64,000 bases of DNA from Chiloscyllium plagiosum. Its lineage: Eukaryota. This document shows positions 40,463 through 51,922 of this stretch, in pieces. Below the pieces are notes generated by a model that was not told the origin of the DNA, did no database searches, and saw only the letters and a program-made list of their open reading frames with translations. Where the stretch lies: contig NC_057720.1 of the NCBI RefSeq assembly GCF_004010195.1, forward strand, positions 10,025,248 to 10,089,247. Reading direction: 5' to 3'. Every line of letters begins with the position of its first letter. The stretch's first letter is position 1. A program made the position numbers and the translations under genes.

Positions 40463-40771
40463 TTAGATTAGATTACTTACAGTGTGGAAACAGGCCCTTC
40501 GGCCCAACAAGTCCACACCGACCCGCCGAAGCGCAACCTACCCAGACCCATTCCCCTACATCTACCCCTTTTACTAACACGACGGGCAATTTAGCATGGC
40601 CAATTCACCTAACCTGCACATTTTGGGAGGAAACCGGAGCACCCGGAGGAAACCGGCAGACACGGGGAGAATGTGCAAACTCCACACAGTCAGTCGCCTG
40701 AGGCGGGAATTGAACCCGGGTCTCTGGCGCTGTGAGGCAGCAGTGCTAACCACTGTGCCACCGTGCCGCCC
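40463..40771 (-). mobile_element. Young full-length HE1/V-SINE-like copy in vtg intron 3
   Basis: CpG-rich, intact A and B boxes, (TAATC)n tail; ends 70 bp from the exon 3 donor site. Confidence 0.88.
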
Positions 40772-40841
40772 AGTATGTTATGACATTCTGAATGTTCTTT
40801 ATGTTAGCTAATCGTTCTTCTATTATCCAAATGCTCCTTAC

Positions 40842-40993
40842 CTTCAGAATATGGCTCTTTTGTCCAATTGAATTAATTTGCACTTTGCTGGTTATCTTAA
40901 GGCCTCCCTTAGCCAGGCCATGTTCAGGTAGCCCTGTCAGAACAATCCCTTCGTACTGGTAAACGTACGTCTTGCTTTGACTGAAAGAAGGAT
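40842..40993 (-). CDS. vtg: Vitellogenin exon 3
   Basis: 152 nt, cag/gtaagg; DPSFSQSKTYVYQYEGIVLTGLPEHGLAKGGLKITSKVQINSIGQKSHILK, the classic Vitellogenin_N start. Confidence 0.96.
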
Positions 40994-41097
40994 CTGTGAG
41001 TAAAGGAAGTTAGTGACAGTTTAAGAATGGGCAATGTAGGCAGCAACCCCCAAAAATCATCAGCCATTTGAAATCCAGAAGAAAAATATATCCTTAC

Positions 41098-41112
41098 CAT
41101 GATGTTGACTCC
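41098..41112 (-). CDS. vtg: Vitellogenin exon 2 (15-nt micro-exon, GSQHH)
   Basis: tcccacag|GGAGTCAACATCATG|gtaagg; phase 1 to phase 1, joins exons 1 and 3 in frame. Confidence 0.88.
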
Positions 41113-42326
41113 CTGTGGGAAAATAAAGAAAGGCAAGTCAGAAAAAGTCGATTATTCCTGAAGCAATTTTCAATGTTTTTTTCTGTTTAAATAATTCTCG
41201 TAAGTAGTTAAACTGAATATGTTCACTGGATCATAGACATTTACAGTACACGAGGATATAAGAACAAAAGAACTGGGGCAGGAGTCAGTAATTGATCCAC
41301 ACGAACCTGCTCCACAATTGTGACTGATCTAATCTCGGCCTCACTTTCCTGCCCACTCTCCATAACTCTTCAGCCTGTTACTAATTAAAAATATGTCCAT
41401 TTTCTCCTTAAATTTGTTCAGTGTCCCAGCATCCACTGCACTCTGGAGTTGTGAATTCAACAAAATTGCGATTCTTTGAATCATAGAATCCCTGCAGCAT
41501 GGAAACAGGCCATTAGGCCCTACAGGTCCACACTGATCCTCTGAAGAGTACTCCAACCAGACCCATTCCCCTAGCCTATTGCTTTACATTTCCGTGACTA
41601 ATACACTTAGCCTACACATCCCTGAATACTATGGGCAATTTAGCACAGCCAATTCACCAACCCACATTATGGGAAGAAACCAGACCACACAGAGGAAACC
41701 CACACAGACACGTGGAGAATGTACAAATTGCACAATGACAGTTGCCTGAGGCTAGAATTGAACCCAGGTCCCTTGTGCTGTGAAACAGCAGTGTTAACCA
41801 TTGAGCCATTGTGCCACCCCATTTTGGCATAAGTAATTTCTCCTTATCTCTGTTTTAAACCTGATACTCCTTACAAAGGGCCATTAAGTCCATCGTGCCT
41901 TACCTACACTTAGAAAGGGTTAATTCCAATACCCTACTCTGTCCCTGAAGCTCTGCAATTATATCCCTTTCCTAATTCTTGTTTGATTTCTTTTTAAACA
42001 TTACAACTGAAGTTCCAAATGTGAACTACATTCTATTATCTCGTTGTAAGAAAAATCCCCTTACCCCACCTCTTGTTATTTTGTCAATTCTGTAAAATCT
42101 GCTTTCTCAATTTACCAAGCCTCCCAACGAGGGAAACATTTCTCCTGAATTACTCGACCAAAGCCCTTCATAATTTCATACGCTTCGATCCTCCCATAAC
42201 TCTGAGGAGGACAATTCTGGTGGCTCTATTTTGCCCTCGAAACTGACAACCCACATTCTTACCATTCCAGAAAATCTTCTCTGCAATCTCTTTCATAGCC
42301 TGTTGGCTGAGGCATTGAAAACTTAC

Positions 42327-42366
42327 CCACAAGAGCAAAGGTCAGTGCAAAAATAATTCCCCTCAT
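42327..42366 (-). CDS. vtg: Vitellogenin exon 1 (signal peptide MRGIIFALTFALV-G)
   Basis: Minus strand reads ATG AGG GGA ATT ATT TTT GCA CTG ACC TTT GCT CTT GTG G|gtaagt: 40 coding nt, phase 1. Matches vertebrate Vtg N-termini (MRGII.AL...LVG). A second in-frame ATG lies at 42367-42369. Confidence 0.95.
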
Positions 42367-42379
42367 CATAATAAAGCTC

Positions 42380-42470
42380 AAATGCAGCTGGTGTCTCTCT
42401 GTCTACCTCTTTATAACAAATGGTCACTGCATGTGACCACGTGTGCCCTGTCCTTTGACCAATCAGTTTT
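42380..42470 (-). promoter_or_regulatory. vtg core and proximal promoter
   Basis: TATAAA on minus strand at 42410-42415, about 45 nt before the ATG; CACGTG E-box 42438-42443; DR1-like TGGTCA-A-AGGACA (minus) 42449-42461; CCAATCAG 42459-42466. Confidence 0.85.
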
Positions 42471-42665
42471 CCATCAGATTGGTTTGGCTTCATGTTAGCG
42501 AAGGAAAACGTATTTATTTTTTCTTTTGCAGGTATCAAAGCTCAGTCAATAAACATGATCTTTGATGAGTGACAGTACAGGAGATTTTGAGGCAAGATAT
42601 GCTTTCCTGTTTTAAAAGTTTATTTGCCATCTCTCTGCGCCACACTTGGCACAGTCCCTCTATGT

Positions 42666-42680
42666 GGGTTACAGTGACCT
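42666..42680. promoter_or_regulatory. Imperfect estrogen response element, proximal
   Basis: gGGTTAcagTGACCt, one mismatch to GGTCAnnnTGACC, about 300 bp upstream of the vtg ATG. Confidence 0.7.
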
Positions 42681-45600
42681 AGATTCTGAACAAATGTCCC
42701 CCCTGTCAAAGAATCACTGTTATCTTTCTGGTTTAGCAGTGGAAATATAAGACTAACTTATTTTACAACATGTAATTTGAGAATGCCCCTTTGAGTGCAT
42801 CACTTGTGTCCAATCGGCAGAAAATCCTAATCAATGTTTTCAGTATAACTTGGGGTATATGCCATTTCTGTGCAGAATTTAGCAAATCCAAGGACTAAAG
42901 AAATAATTAACTTTGTAGTACATTCAGGTATAGCGATGTATACCATGGAAACCGACCCTTCGGTCCAACTCATCCATGCTGACCAGATAGTCTATATTAA
43001 TCTAGCCCCATTTGCCAGCACTTGACCCATATTACTCTAAACCCTTCCTACTCATATACACATCCAGATGCCTTTTAAATATTGTAATTGTACGAGCCTC
43101 CACCACCTTCTCTCGTAGCTCATTCCATACATGCACCACCCTGTGTGTGACAAAATTGCCCCTTAGGTCCCTTCTTAATCTTTCCTCTCTCACCTTAAAC
43201 CTATACCTTCTAGTTTTGGACTCCCCTATCCTGGGGAAAAGACCTTGACTATCTACTCGATCCATGCCCCTCATGATTTTATAAACCTCTACAAGGTCAT
43301 CCCTCAGCCTCGACGCTCTAGGGAAAACAGTCCCAGTCTATTCTGCCTCTCCCTACAGCTCAAATCCTCCAACCCTGGCAACATCCTTGTAAATATTCTC
43401 TGAGCCATTTGAAGTTTCACAACATCCTTCTTGTAGCAGGAAGACCAGAATTTCATGCAGTATTCCAAAAGTGGCCTAACCAATGTCCTGTTCAGCTGTA
43501 ACATGACCTCCCAATGTGTCCACTCAATGCACTGACTAACAAAGACAAACATACCAAATGCCTTCTTCTTCACCCTGTCTACCTGCTTTGTGCTCAGCTT
43601 TTTCTTAAGAGTTTATGAGACCTGGCTTAAGCAATTGGTGCCACCCTGGAAAGTGAAGTTGGATTGTGAACTCAGCCACTCCCATGAGTCAAGACATTAC
43701 TGCACAAGGACTCCAGAGAAAAGATTGAATGTGGGGAGAACCCACTGTAGAAATTTCCTATGGAGAAATAGGAACAGAAGTAGACCACTCAGCCCATCAA
43801 GTCTGCCCTGACATTCTATAAAATCACAGCTAATCTGCCCAAGGTTCAAATCCTCTTTTCTTCCAGCTGCTTATATCTCTCTTGATATTTTAGAAAAAAT
43901 ATAACAACTTCCTCTTTAAACTCTTTCAAAGACATTCCCTTTTATTCTGTGACTATGTCCCCCATTTTGAATCCACCCCCACCCCTACTACTGGAAACAT
44001 TTTCTCCACAGATACTCTGCCAGGACCCCTCGGAATCTTGTATGTAGCTTATCCCAGTTATTGCCTCTGCAAATCTCTACCTACCTTGGAACCAATCAAA
44101 TACAATGAAAACCCAGCCTACACAACCTTGATTCAGCTAAACTTAGAGTAATGTGAATAGTTCTGGTCTCCATATTATACAAAGGATATAGAGACACTGG
44201 TAAAAGTGCTAGGAAGATTTAAAATCATAATGAAGGAGCTGTAATGATCAGGATGAGGGTTTTTACTTTCAGTTTATGATCGGTTAGGTGTAAAGAAGAC
44301 TTTCCACTAGTGGCGGAAATCAAAACTATAGGTCCAAACTCTAAGATGCAATGAATTCAGTAAAGAATGCAAGATAAAATACTCAGTATGTGGTTAAAAA
44401 TATTCATCTTGCTGCAGTAAAGGTGGTCAAGACAATGGGAATAGATCAGTGTGAATGTAAAGAAATGGAAGGAGAGATTGATTTGATTAGGTGAGATGAC
44501 ATCAACCACTTAACCTGTGTCCATGTCCTATCTCCACCGTAATTAAATTTTCCTTGATTAGATTACTTACAGTGTGGAAACAGGCCCTTCGGCCCAACAA
44601 ATCCACACCGACCCTCTGAAGAGCAACCCACCCAGATCCATTCCCCTACACCTAATATTACAGGCAATTTAGCATGGCCAATTCACCTAACCTGCACATT
44701 TTTGGACTATGGGAGGAAACTGGAGCACCCGGAGGAAACCCACACAGACAGTTGCCTGAGGCTGGAATTGAACCCAGGTTTCTGGCGCTGTGCGGTAGCA
44801 GTGCTAACCACTGAGCCACCGTGTAATAGGGTTCTGTCTGGTTTAAAAATAAGGGGTCACCCATTTAAAACAGAAATGAGGAAACATTCTTTTTGCTCAG
44901 TCTTTGGAATTCCCTTCATCAAAAGGTAGTGGGTGCAGAATTGTGAAATATTTTGAAGGTAACCATGATGTGGAGGTGCTGGTGTTGGACTGAGGTGGAC
45001 AAAATTACAAGTCACATGACGCCAGGTTATGGTCCAACAGGTTTATTTGAAATCACAAGCTTTCAGAGCATTGTCTTCAGCCATTTCCTCGTTCCCCAAT
45101 ATTATCTCTCCAGTGTCATTTTCCAGTGGCCCAATGTCCACTTTTGCCTCTCTTTAGCCCTTTATATATTGAAAGTAACTCTTACAGTCTTCCTTTATAT
45201 TACTGGCCAACCTGCCCTCATATTTAATCTGCTTTCTCTTGTTTTTGTGCTATCCTTGACTTCCCTAGTTGCCCCATCCTCCCTGTACCATGCTGCTTTT
45301 TCCATGGGATGAGTCACTGCTGTGTCTCCTGAATTACTCCCAGAAATCCCTGCCATTGCTGTCCCACTGTCTTTCCTGCTAGGCTCCTCTCCCAGTCAGT
45401 TCTACCCAGCTCCTCCCTCATACCTCTGCCGTTGCCTTTATTCAGCTGTCATACTGTTACCTCTTAGTCTCTCTTCTCCCTCTCAAATTAGCTAGCGACT
45501 AAAAGATTCACTGACATCACAAGATAAAGTCCGTCTCATCGTGTTCCCAGGATGAGATAACTGGCATGCTCAGCGAGCGTCGTGCTGTCTCATGTGTGTA

Positions 45601-46914
45601 CCAAAAGTTTTTTTATTTATTCCTTTTTGGGACATTGGCATCGCTGGCTGGGCCAGCATTTATTGCCTGTCCCTAGTTGCCCTTGAGAAGGTGGTGGTGA
45701 GTTGTCTTCTTGAACTGTTGCAATCACTGATTCAGTAACAACATGTACTTCCTCATAGGTTGAGCCTGATAAGAGTGAATTCCGTATCTCAGATGTAACA
45801 TAAGTAGCTATGAAGTGTATTCAAATAAACTTTTTACTGCTTATCAAGTTTGACGGCTACTGCTCCTGCACACATTGTGTGGCCATCCTTTTCTTCTTGT
45901 CTTTGGCTCAGACTAACAGCAATATGAAGAATTGGTGACAGTGAATCTATCACCAATGGTTTCACCTCACCATATTGTAGATAGTGACAAAGGATTTTGC
46001 CCATTATAAGGTGGTGGCAGCTCAGGTACCCCTCACTCTATTGGAGTCATCCAGGCACAGTGACTTACAGTTGGGTAGGAGTTGCCTCAAATGTCCTCAA
46101 CAATGCCTCCAGACTCCATCAGTGCAAAAGATGAGGCCGAAACATTTTCAGTGATTTCCACTCAGGAGTAACACGTAGAAAAATAATTGCTCCTCAAGAG
46201 TATTCAATTGGCTGTGAAGAGCTTTGGGCCATACTTTTGTTTTTTTTTTCATTGACTTGTGGGATGTGGGTGTCACTGGCTGAGCCAACATTTATTGCCT
46301 GTCTCTCGTTGGCCTTGAGAAGGTAGGGGTGACCTGCCTTCTTGAACCACTGCAGTCCACACGCTGTAGGTTCCGAGATTGTGGAGGGCACTGCAAAGAC
46401 ATGGGAATGTCTTCTTGGAAGGACAAAGGAAGGTCAAAGGAAATAAGGAGCTAGGCGGAGAGTGAGGTCGAGAGAGAGTGAGAGAGAAAAAGCATTTGGC
46501 AGACAAACTGATTGTTGATAATAAGCCAGGGAAGGAGAGCAGCTGGATAAGTGCTAATGGGGCAATGAATAGTGGAAAATAGGTTGGCTGTGCTGAAAGC
46601 AGCCCATTTCATGCAAAGAACTTGGTCTTGCGTGGGTAAGCAATAGACAAGGAAGAAGGTGTTTATGATTTAAAATTGTTAAACTTGCTGTTGAGTCCTT
46701 ACTACCAAAAATTTCTGTTTCTGTTTGTTTCAGGTTTCCAGCTTCCACAGTTCTCTGATTTATTTTATATCAGACATAACTGTTCAAGGTGAAAGCTCAC
46801 TGTTACTTCTCTACAATAAATGCTGATCTTGCCAGTGAAAACGATACACTGAGACTAGATGCATTGAAACAATTCACGTACCATACCTCCCCAGAAACTG
46901 GAGGACAAAGAGAA

Positions 46915-48515
46915 AGAATCAAAGAAAATTTACAACCCAGGGATAGACCCTTCAGCCCTTCAAACCTGAGCTGATCCAAATCTACTATCTAAACCTGTCA
47001 CCCAATTCCTAAGCATCCGTATCCCTCTGCTTCCTATCTACTCATGGATCCATCCAGACACATCTTAAATGAAACTACCATGCCTGCCTCTACTACCTCT
47101 GCTGGCAACGCGTTCCAGACGGCCACCACCCTCTATGTAAAGTACTTGCTGCATGTATCCCCCTTAAACTTTCCACCTCTCACCTTGAAAGCATGACCTC
47201 TCGTTATTGAATCCTTCACCCTGGGGAAAATGCTTGTCTCTATCCACCCTGTCTACACCCTTCATGATTTTGTAAACCTCAATCAGGTCACCCCTCAATC
47301 TCCTTTTTTCTAAAGAAAATAAACCTAACCTACTCAACCTCTCTTCATAGCTAGCACCTTCCATACCAGGCAACATCCTTGTAAACCTTCTTTGCACCCT
47401 CTCCAAAGCGTTCACATCCTTTTGATAATGTGGCGACCAGAACTGTACACAGTATTCTAAATGCGGCCGAACCAATTTTAACATGACTTACCAGCTCTTA
47501 TACTCAATACCCCATCCAATGAAGGCAAGCATACTATATGCCTTTTGAGCACTCTAACCACCTGTGCAGCAATCTTCAGGGTACAATGGACCTGCACTCC
47601 CAGATCTCTCTGCTCATCAACTTTTCCCAAGGCTCCTCTGTTCATTGTATAAATCGCTCTAGAGTTAGTCTTGCGTAAAGGCACCAGCTCGCATTTGTCT
47701 GGATTGAAATCCATCTGCCACTTTTCCACCCAACTCTCCAGTTTATCTATATCCTCCTGTATTCTCTGACAGTCCCTTATGCTCTCTGCTATTCCACCAA
47801 TCTTCGTGCCATCTGCAAACTTGCTGATCAGACCAACAGTGCCCTCTTCCAGACCATTTATATATATTACAAACAACAGTGACCCCAACACTGACCCCTG
47901 TGGAACACCACTGGTCACCTTTCTCCATTTCGAGAAACTCCCTTCAACTACTACTCTGTCTCCTGTTGCTCAACCAGTTTTTTATTCACCTAGCTACAAC
48001 ACCCTGCACACCATGTGACTTCACTTTCTCCATTAGTCTACCATGGGGAACCTTATCAAACGCTTTACTAAAGTCCATGTATATGACATCAACAGCCCTT
48101 CCTTCATCTATCAACTTGGTCACTTCCTCAAAGAACAGTATTAAGTTGGTAAGGCACGATCACCCCCGCACAAAACCATGTTGCCTATCACTGATAAGCC
48201 CATTCTTTTCTAAATATAAATAGATCCTATCCCTCAGTACCCTCTCCAGCAACTTCCCCACCACCGACGTCAGGCTCACTGGTCTGTAGTTACCCAGAAT
48301 ATCCCTACTACCCTCTTGTACAGGGGGACAACATGAGCAACCCTCCAGTCCTCCGGCACCTCACCTGTATTTAAGGATGCCACAAAGGTATCTGTCAGGG
48401 CTGCAGCTATTTCCTCTCTCACCTCCCTCAGCAACCTGGGATAGATTCCATCTGGTCCTGGGGATTTGTCCACCTTAATAACCTCTAGCCTACCCAACAC
48501 ATCTTCTCTATGTAT
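46915..48515 (-). mobile_element. CR1-clade LINE ORF2 (RT and 3' end)
   Basis: [42 protein letters not shown]. Confidence 0.9.
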
Positions 48516-48519
48516 GTCA

Positions 48520-48870
48520 ACGTAGACAGGGCAGAGAAATGTATATGTGGGCATGGATGTTAGTTTGCTTGCTGAGCTGTTTTCCCAGTTATATTTACGG
48601 AGTCTGTTGTGGGCATCATTAATCATTTCTCTAAGCGTTCTGTGGCCGTTTTGCTCTGCTATTCTTTTGGCTATTGGGGCGTTAATGGGAGATTTGTATT
48701 TAAGACATTTAGGTAATACAGGAATTCGTGCAGGAAGTACAGCTGTTTGCGGGTAATGCTCTGTTAGATGGCATTGGTTTCCCTTTCTCGGGCAAGTTTG
48801 AGCTGCTGAGCAAGCAACCTTAACCAGAACCTCAACCTGAGCTGCAAATCTTCTCAAAACCTGCTAAAAT
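48520..48870. mobile_element. Probable Penelope-like fragment abutting the CR1 copy
   Basis: Minus-strand peptide PKCLKYKSPINAPIAKRIAEQNGHRTLREMINDAHNRLRKY is not CR1; resemblance to a PLE ORF N-terminus is from recall only. Confidence 0.4.
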
Positions 48871-50694
48871 GTGGGCACGTTTACTTCAGTCTGCAAATTT
48901 CTTATTAATTCAGCACGATATGAAATAAATTTACACCCTGCTCAATATTTATTTAGCACATTTTTATCACGTGGGAATGTCTCAAAGTCCTTGACAGACT
49001 AAATTTCAATCAATGTATAATCACTGTTAAGTGGAAAGAGAATAAATGATTTGCATTTGTACAGCACCTTTTAAAATCAAGACTTTTCAAAGGGCATTAC
49101 AGCCCTCATTTTGACATGTAGCTACTGTTACAGAAACATTGAAACCTAGAGGCAGGTGAGGGCCATATAACCCCTTGAGCCTGGTCCTCCATTCTATACG
49201 GTCAGCCATATACAGGCAGCATGGTGTCTCAGTGGTTAGCACTACTGCCTCAGTCCTGCTTAGTTGTAAACTGTCCAGTTTGTATTGGTCCCACCTCCCC
49301 CAGAACAGGAATCTGAAACCCTCCCCTTCACACCATCTCTTTAACCAAGTTATTCCTGTTATTTCTACTCTCACTTGCATGTGGCACAGTAGTAATCCTG
49401 AGATTACTACCTTTGAGATCATACTTTTCAACTTGCTTCATGCCTCTGTACGTCCTGCTTTTAGGCCCTCCTCCCCTTCTTTCTACCTATGTCATTGGTA
49501 CCCATATGTACCATATCAATGGCTGTTTACTCTTACCCTCGCAGACGTTTGGACAGCACGGTGGCTCAGTGGTTAGCACTGCTGCCTCACAATGCCAGGG
49601 ACCTGAGTTCACCCTCAGATAGCTGTCTGCGTGGAGTTTGCATGCTCTCCTTCTGCCCTTCTCTGGGTGCTCTGGTTTCCTCTCACAGTCCAATGATGTG
49701 TAGGCTAGGTGGATTAGCCATGGGAATTGCAGGGATATAGTTGGGGGAATGGGATGGTCTTTGGAAAGGTCAACATGGGGCCAATTGGTCTGGTTCCACA
49801 CTGTAGGGATTCTATGATGTCCCGTAGGCACACTGAGACATCAATGGCCCCAGCACCAGGAAGCAAAATACTACCCTGGAGTGGTACATGCCATCTTATA
49901 ATATTAGAAACAACGGTAACCAATTTAACCGCAGCAAGCTTCCACAAACAATGATGCTTTAAAATAGAAAATGTCTGAAATATTCAACTGATCAGGCAAC
50001 ACCTGTGGAGCGGAGCAAATGGAATTAAGGACTGGCAACACTAAGCACTACCCCACCTGATTCAAAACCTAATTGAAGATGGAGTCCTCATTATTGTCAG
50101 GGAGAATTTCCATCCTCTGAGATCTGCTGGCCAATCAAAAGTCAGTAGCTCTCCAGTGCTGGAAGTGCCACGAGGAGCAGTGGTCACTGCTGGTACTGCA
50201 GTAGATCCAAGGTGAGATCATTGTTAGTGGTGTGCGTGAAAGTAAGGAATTAGTAGGTATTGGTCAGTAAATTACAATCTTTGTAATTCAATATTGCCCT
50301 TCTTTAACTAATCCACCACTTTCAATAACCTTTATTTGCCCTTGTTTTGTTACTGCGTGATTGTTCCATGTTTGTGTGTTTTAACAAGGTTACCTCATCT
50401 CGATTTGAATCCTCTGACAATTAACACTGAAATCCAGCCTTTTGTGCTGTAATTGTGTTTCACAAATAGAATGCCGTTAAATAAAACGTCACTCATTTAC
50501 ATCACACATACACCATTCCCAGCTATTGTGTGCAGTTCTGGAATCCACATTATAGGAGGGATGTGATTTCAGTGGAGAGAGTGCAGAGGAGACTTACCAG
50601 GATGTTGCCTGCACTAGAGAGTTGCCATTATGAAGAGAGCTTGGACAGACTGGGGTTCCTTTCATTGGAAAAGAAGAGACTGAGGGAAGATGCG

Positions 50695-51145
50695 ATGTGA
50701 TTTGATTTGATTTATTATAGTCACATGTTCCTAAGTACAGTGAAAAGCTTTGCGAGCAGTACAGGCAGATTATAGCAAACAAGGACTCACAGATCATCGG
50801 GAGCTGAGACAGAGTGAGGCCTACAGGTTATACTGCAAGATCAACTTTATTGAAAGTTAGAAAGGTCCATTCATCAGTCTAATAACGGGGCAGGGAAAAG
50901 CTGCTCTTAAACCTGTTGGTGTGTGTTTTTTGTATCCTCTGCCTGATTGAACAGGTTGTAGGAGAGCATTACTGGGGTGGGAGGGATCTTTGATGATGTC
51001 GGCAGCCTTTCCATGGCAACAAGAAGTGTAAATGGAGTCCATGATGGAAGTTGGCTTCTGTGATGGTCTGGGCTGTCATACAACCTTCCGTAGTTTCTTA
51101 CTATGCTCTCAATGGTGCATCAGTAAACGTTGGTGAGGCTCCTTG
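50695..51145 (-). mobile_element. Rex1/Babar-like LINE 3' end nested in a CR1 fragment
   Basis: KAADIIKDPSHPSNALLQPVQSGRGY C-terminal motif, (AAATC)n tail; related copy at about 11725-12105. Confidence 0.6.
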
Positions 51146-51907
51146 ATGATTGAGATACATAAAATTATGAGTATCATGGATAGGGTAGGCAGGAAGGAAC
51201 ATTTCCCCTTTATGGAGGGATCAACGACCAGGGGACACAGATTTAAGGTGAGGAGCAAAAGCTTCAGAGGGGATGTGAGGAAATACTTTTTTTCACCCAG
51301 AGGGTGATGGGAATCTGTGACTCACTGCTTGTAAGGGTGGAAGAGGCAGAAACCCTCATCACATGGAAGGGCTGTGGTGGCTCAGTGGTTAGCACTGCTG
51401 CTTCACAGTACCAAGGACCTGGGTTCAATTCCAGCCTTGGCTGACTGCCTGTGTGGTGTCTGCATATTCTCCCTGCGTTTATGTGGGTTCTTCCCACAGT
51501 CCAAAGATGTGCAGGTTGGGTGAACTAGCCAATCTCAGTTGCCCATAGTATCCAGGGATGTGTAGGTTAGGGGAATGGGTCTGTGTGGAATACTCTCCAG
51601 AGGGTTGGTGTGGACCTGTTTACACACTGTAGGGATGCTATGCTGATGATGTATTTAGTTGTGGGGCAAGTTCAGGAAAATGAGATTAGAATAGGTAGGT
51701 GCTTGTTCTTGACTGGTGAAGACATGATGAATCAAAGCCACGTATTTTTCTGTGCTGCTGACCTTTATGATTCTATGACTATCTGCTTCTGCAGGTCTGA
51801 GGGGCTTCAAACCATGATTTGGGACCGAGAGGCATAAGTGCCATTGGCTGAGCTAAACTCACATGAGACTGAGCACAACAAGCTCCATGTTACGAAACTG
51901 CAGTTCC

Positions 51908-51922
51908 AGGTCATGGTGACTT
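51908..51922. promoter_or_regulatory. Imperfect ERE, candidate distal enhancer
   Basis: AGGTCAtggTGACTT (11/12), next to C/EBP-like and FoxA-like motifs. Confidence 0.45.

Noticed and set aside
40690..40771. tRNA gene
   Set aside because: The A and B boxes belong to a SINE head that continues into the SINE body; many dispersed copies.
42422..42438. Canonical ERE
   Set aside because: Half-site spacer is 7 nt, not 3; kept only as an atypical palindrome.
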